Shown here: piece after piece, positions 59,413 to 64,000 of the stretch
Numbering within the stretch: the first letter of the stretch is position 1
How the letters are laid out: each line of letters opens with the position of its first letter
Assembly: GCA_014238335.1 (NCBI GenBank)
Contig: JABABI010000035.1
Span: forward strand, 2,361 to 66,360
Direction of reading: 5' to 3'
Source: Fuerstiella sp.
GTDB taxonomy: Bacteria; Planctomycetota; Planctomycetia; Planctomycetales; Planctomycetaceae
Length of the DNA: 64,000 nucleotides
The notes under the pieces: model-generated
Database searches by the model: none
Told to the model about the DNA's origin: nothing
What the model saw: the letters and a program-made list of their open reading frames with translations, nothing else
Position numbers and translations under genes: made by a program

Positions 59413-59817
59413 ATGGACAAATCCCACGCAATTGAAATGTTCTATGATGGCGACTGCCCGTTGTGCATTCGAGAAACCCGACTGTTACAGCGGATGGACC
59501 GTCATCAGCGTCTGCGGTTCACCAACATTGCCGCGCCTGATTTCGATGCTTCTTCCCTTCAGAAGACTCAGGACGAACTCATGGCAGAAATGCACGGCCG
59601 ACTGCCAGATGGGAGTTGGGTCACCGGCGTTGAGGTATTCCGACGGCTGTATTCTGCGGTGGGCTTCGGCCCTGCCGTCTGGTTGACTCGGTTGCCGATC
59701 ATCAAACAAGCACTGGACCTCGGTTATTTCGTCTTCGCCAAATACCGCCTCCGCCTAACCGGCCGCTGTAGGGAAAATTGTTCGATTGAGCCGTCAAAAG
59801 TTGCCGGTGGTTTGTAA
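59413..59817 (+). CDS. DCC1-like thiol-disulfide oxidoreductase (DUF393)
   Basis: FYDGDCPLC (DxxCxxC); Y..FAKYRL. Confidence 0.9.
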   Translation: MDKSHAIEMFYDGDCPLCIRETRLLQRMDRHQRLRFTNIAAPDFDASSLQKTQDELMAEMHGRLPDGSWVTGVEVFRRLYSAVGFGPAVWLTRLPIIKQALDLGYFVFAKYRLRLTGRCRENCSIEPSKVAGGL

Positions 59818-59983
59818 GGAATATCATTAGACAAACGTCGTCAACGTATCGTTGAAGAGCATCTCAACGGTTAAGCGTTAACAAACCGCTGACAGCCGTA
59901 CGCCAGGCATCCAGTCTGTCGCCGGAAGGCAAGATGCCTGTCTTACGAGCTCAAATTCAACCAAACCAAGCAAAGGAAAATAG

Positions 59984-60445
59984 ATGTTAGACGTTCAACA
60001 ACAGATCATCGATGAACTCAAAGTCGCCTACTGGATGGAGCTCGAAACGGTCACCAATTACATCGCGAACTCAATCAACCTGGATGGTGTGCGAGCTGAA
60101 GAAATCAAGAAGGCGCTGGCCGCTGATGTGCAGGAAGAACTCACGCACGCTCAAACATTGGCTCGCCGTATCAAAACCATCGGCGGCAAAGTGCCCGGGA
60201 GCGCTGACTTCAAAGCGGCTCAAACATCCCTTCAGCCAAACGACGACACGACCGACGTGGTCTCGGTGATCAAAGGAGTGATTGACGCAGAGAATGGCGC
60301 GATCGCTCAATACAACAAGTTGATTAAACTCTGCGACGGCATCGACTACGTCACGCAGGACTTGTGCATTCAGTCGCTTGCCGATGAAGAAGAACACCGC
60401 CGCGACTTCATGGGCTACCTTGCGGAATACGAGAAGCAGGCATGA
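59984..60445 (+). CDS. Ferritin-like di-iron protein
   Basis: AYWMELET, EELTHA, AENGAIAQY, DEEEH carboxylate motifs. Confidence 0.85.
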   Translation: MLDVQQQIIDELKVAYWMELETVTNYIANSINLDGVRAEEIKKALAADVQEELTHAQTLARRIKTIGGKVPGSADFKAAQTSLQPNDDTTDVVSVIKGVIDAENGAIAQYNKLIKLCDGIDYVTQDLCIQSLADEEEHRRDFMGYLAEYEKQA

Positions 60446-60945
60446 ATGCAGTCTCAACTGAGAACAACAAAAGCATAACACCGAATTTGAGGCGATTCGG
60501 ATCGCTGATGTTCTTCATCGTGTTGTGCTTCGCAGTTGCCGCCACGGGAGCTTTGTTTTCGCCTGACGACTGGTATGCCTCACTGACGAGGCCTGGTTAC
60601 GCGCCGCCGAATTGGGTGTTCGGTCCGGTCTGGACGGTGCTGTATCTGATGATGGGCTTTTCCGGCTGGCTGGTCTGGCAGTCGCCTGGACCGGCAGCCA
60701 GGCGTCTTGCCATGATCGCGTTCGGCGTTCAGTTACTATTGAACGCTGCGTGGTCGGCGATCTTCTTCGGACTGCACCAACCCGGCTGGGCGCTCGTCGA
60801 GATCTGCATGCTGTGGACCGCCATTCTGACCACGATTCTGCTGTTCCGACGTTATTCAACAGTCGCTGCCGCTTTGCTGACTCCCTACCTTGCCTGGGTA
60901 AGCTATGCGACTGTGCTGAACTACGGATTTTGGTCACTGAACTAA
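60442..60945 (+). CDS. tspO: TspO/MBR family tryptophan-rich sensory protein
   Basis: WYASLTRPGYAPPNWVFGPVWTVLY, LNAAWSAIFFG, PYLAWVSYATVLN. Confidence 0.95.
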   Translation: MNAVSTENNKSITPNLRRFGSLMFFIVLCFAVAATGALFSPDDWYASLTRPGYAPPNWVFGPVWTVLYLMMGFSGWLVWQSPGPAARRLAMIAFGVQLLLNAAWSAIFFGLHQPGWALVEICMLWTAILTTILLFRRYSTVAAALLTPYLAWVSYATVLNYGFWSLN

Positions 60946-60976
60946 TCGTGGGCGACAGAATGTCAGATATTCAGTT

Positions 60977-62199
60977 TCACAGAATTTCTTCTGCAACAAG
61001 GCGTCCGGATTGTATGGCACCGTTAATCGATCCGTTCGTGCGATGATCGCCGCAGACGAAAATGTTGTCTCGAACCTGCAACGGTTGCACGGGCAGATCA
61101 AAGGCCGGTGATGTCTGGTTGGGCAGCGCATAAGGAATCGTGTAGGTGCGAAGGTGCTGCCACGCACCGACGGAACTTCCGAACCACTCGCGCTTCTGAG
61201 CTGTGACGCTTGCGGACAGTCCATCGTCGTCCAAATCACAATTCAGCACCGTTGCAGACACAAGTGACTGTCCGGCGAGAGCGTAATCCGTCGCAACCTG
61301 ACTTGGAGCACACAGATTATTCACCATGCCGTGCCCGGTGCCGTTCAGCACCAGCATTCGGTCTTCGATCGGCGGTTCCGGTGCAGAGAAATAGACGCAC
61401 CGGACAGACCGCGGTGTTCGTTGCGAAGCCAGCTCCGGCAACAAGTTTGCCGCGGCCGGTTGCTCGGTGGCAATGATAACTCGACTGCAGGGAATGACTT
61501 CTCCCGAATGTAACGACACACCGTTTGCTGCAATCGCACGCACGGGCGAATGCAATCCTCGAGTAATTCCGCTGCCAGCTGTTGCGGAATGGCTCCCATG
61601 CCGGCGGCGGGAAGCACCGTATCTCCCTGACTGAACATGCGAAACACAAAGTACAGCATGCGGCAGGACGTTTGCAGATCGTGATCAAGAAAGATGCCGC
61701 CGAGAAACGGCCGCAGAAACTTTTCTACCATGCCGGCCGTGAAGCCAAGTCGTTTCAATTCCTCCTCCGTTGAGTGATCTGGTCGCTGAAAGATGCTCTG
61801 TACATCTCCGCGACCGGCCGCCCATCGCAGATAACCGATCCGCAGCTTGTCAGCAAAATCACCTATCGAAGCAAAAGCCGTCTGCAAAGCATGCTGAGGC
61901 CGGCGGCAGGGGTCGGACATCTTCTGAAATCTGCTGTCAGTCCGGATCAGTGATCCCGGTTCGAAAGCCTGTAAGTTCAACGCGTCATAGTCGAGCAAAC
62001 GCGTTGCTTCCGGGTACGCGGTCAGCAGCACCTGAAATCCCCGGTCCAGCAGGAAGCCGTCGACTTCGTCAGTGCGAACTCGACCTCCAACGCCGTCTGA
62101 CGCTTCGAGCAGTATGAACTCTACACCGGCCGCGTGAAGCTGCTTTGCACACGTCAGCCCGGCAAGGCCTCCGCCGATGATGACAACGGAGTTGGTCAT
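60977..62199 (-). pseudogene. NAD(P)/FAD-dependent (amine-oxidase-like) oxidoreductase, frameshifted near 61550
   Basis: GGGLAG, GGRVRTD, LDRGFQV in ORF 61345-62199; the C-terminal GDHR..GSINGAIQSGRLVA lies in the other frame (60977-61555). Confidence 0.8.
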
Positions 62200-62330
62200 A
62201 GCCTTACTTTCCTGTTAGTCGTATAACCGACACCCTGGCTGTCTCATATATTTTGAATTCAACATTTCGACGGGTCGCTCTACGGATGCAAAGTTTCGTT
62301 GTGTCGTCGACTTCCCATTTAATCAATGCG

Positions 62331-63437
62331 TTAATCCGCTGGCAATATGGCCCACAGTTCCGGGCGACCGACGTTGCAGTGAACAGCTCGCGCTAGCGGA
62401 CCGCCGAACGCCCAACTCAGGAAGAGTGTCGTTCGAGCCACATTCCATGCGGGCACGGTTTGCGGTCCTTCTTCCGCAAGCGAAAGCAACCTTCGTTCCG
62501 GACAGGGGATAGGCTGAAAGACGGATTCTGCCGCTGCTGATCGCATGGGGTCCTGTTCTGTCAATTGATCGACTTCCGAAATCGCGTGGCACAGATCGGC
62601 TGCCCTGAAGTCGACGGCGAAGTACTGGTCTAATGAAAACACGCTTCTTCGGTTTAATGCCGGAAGTATCAGGAGCCCGACGAACGAGAAAAGCAGGAAG
62701 CAGAGAAACACGTTCACCAGGTCTGCGACGGAAATAACTACGCTGCCGCTGATCAGGATCGCGGCGGTAAAGCTGGTGATGTTCCAGATCATAGCGAACA
62801 CAATTCCACGCAGTCGCCCCCCCGAAGACATGGCTGCTCGACGGCGCTGGACCAACAAATGCAGGCAGGGTGGAGTGAGCCGTGCCCGCCACTCGGCAGG
62901 AATCAGAATGGTCTCGAATCCCGGTAAACCGGTGATGCCGCCAACAAAGCGTTGATCGGAATGTCGCACGAACAACGCCGATCCTTCACTTGACTCCTCG
63001 GTGCGCTGAGCCGTCATGGCCTGCCAGATGAGTTCCTGTCCGGCGATCAGAGCGATTTGGAGCGCCGCGAACATCGCGATCAGCCAGGGAGCCCCCACTT
63101 CACGTCCAATTTGTAGATAGAAGAAAAACGTGATGGAGAAGAACAGTAGCTGAATTCCGACCGATCGAATCCATCGTCTGAACCAGGGTCGAAATTTTGG
63201 CGGGTGAGTTTCGAAAGCCGCAGGAATCAGCATGCCTCCGATTAAGTCGAACGGAAGCAACAATGCGGCCGCGGCGGCGAAGAACGCCAGAATCGCAAAG
63301 TACTCATTAAGGGCGGTCGATGCTGAAACCGGCAACAATGAATCTGCAGCGTCTAAGGAGAGCAGAACGCCGGCGCTCATGACCAGCGTCCCCACACAGC
63401 CGATCCCTGTCCACAGTCGTGCTTTTCCGGGGTTCAT
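62331..63437 (-). CDS. Multi-TM hypothetical membrane protein
   Basis: About seven hydrophobic segments; C-terminal LSWAFGGPLARAVHCNVGRPELW. Confidence 0.7.
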   Translation of the reverse strand: MNPGKARLWTGIGCVGTLVMSAGVLLSLDAADSLLPVSASTALNEYFAILAFFAAAAALLLPFDLIGGMLIPAAFETHPPKFRPWFRRWIRSVGIQLLFFSITFFFYLQIGREVGAPWLIAMFAALQIALIAGQELIWQAMTAQRTEESSEGSALFVRHSDQRFVGGITGLPGFETILIPAEWRARLTPPCLHLLVQRRRAAMSSGGRLRGIVFAMIWNITSFTAAILISGSVVISVADLVNVFLCFLLFSFVGLLILPALNRRSVFSLDQYFAVDFRAADLCHAISEVDQLTEQDPMRSAAAESVFQPIPCPERRLLSLAEEGPQTVPAWNVARTTLFLSWAFGGPLARAVHCNVGRPELWAILPAD

Positions 63438-63490
63438 GTCATCTCCGTCTAATGAAACGTGTCGAGTGTTGTTGCACGCAGTTGCCAGCC

Positions 63491-64000
63491 GGGCCACTGT
63501 CAAATGTTGTGTTTGGGGAAATCCGTTCAGGCGAGGTTCTCGGTTTGAATTGTTCGGTTCTGTGAAGGTTTCATGGCTTCCTTCCTGAGTTGATGCTCAT
63601 TGACTCCGGCGATGAATTTGACTCCCCGGATGAGGTCTGGGATGTGGTGATTTTTCCATCCCTTTGAGGCACTCTGAGCCAGCTTGAACATCATGGTCAG
63701 GCTGGCTTTGGCACTGCCACAACCTTTCGTCTTGCGAAGGTATCGGGGAAGAATACCGGGAGTGAAACATTCACGATCGACAGGATGTCGTTTGTCACGC
63801 AATCGAGGTTGCCTGACAGTGACCGGACCGATTCCTGTCAGGATCTCTCGTGCCGACAACGGTCCATTGCGATCGTCAAGCTGTCGCCCACCCTCGTCAA
63901 CGATGTCGGTTCGCTGGTTCAAGTAATCCGACACTTCCCGTTCCATGGCCGCTTTCAACATCCTCTGAGCCCCGCTCGCAGGATCTCGGTCAAAGCCCCA
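63491..64000 (-). mobile_element. Internally deleted IS256-family element (runs off the window end)
   Basis: N-terminal RNG...REILTGIGPVTVRQPRLRD...ILPRYLRKTK fused directly to C-terminal G.GSAKASLTMMFKLAQSASKGW...GVKF. A CACAACATTTGACA-like terminal sequence lies at ~63498-63511. Confidence 0.8.

Noticed and set aside
1-64000. CRISPR arrays, rRNA or tRNA genes, prophage or defence systems
   Set aside because: No regularly spaced repeats, RNA-gene signatures, phage structural genes or recognisable defence genes were seen.

Overview
This is a planctomycete (Planctomycetaceae-like) chromosomal window. The assignment is inferred from the DUF1549/DUF1553 + DUF1501 pair, the planctomycete-type LptD, PQQ-like propellers, Tat-exported Gfo/Idh/MocA proteins and a sulfatase. 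Positions ~1-37 kb are intact housekeeping and envelope genes: sulfatase, AhpD-like peroxidase, apbE-doxX-oxidoreductase, histidine kinase + vWA, lptD, ABC transporter, GH63-like glucosidase, Ser/Thr kinase, fabF, MFS, C92 hydrolase, PSCyt/DUF1501. Positions ~37.3-64 kb are a mosaic accessory region. It holds IS3, IS1182 and IS256 remnants, a tadE-tadE-tadG trio, a run of pseudogenes, and a putative light/oxidative-stress cluster (photolyase remnant, deaminase-queD-folE, fasciclin, sigma-70, DUF2867 SDR, DUF393, ferritin-like, TspO, FAD oxidoreductases). The best finding is at 1116-1706: two ORFs are really one in-frame AhpD-like gene with a CxxU motif and a bacterial SECIS-like hairpin, i.e. 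a probable selenoprotein. The second best is a beta/gamma-crystallin domain inserted into a Tad-associated vWA protein. No tRNA, rRNA or CRISPR array was seen. All family assignments come from motif recognition by eye; no database searches were run.
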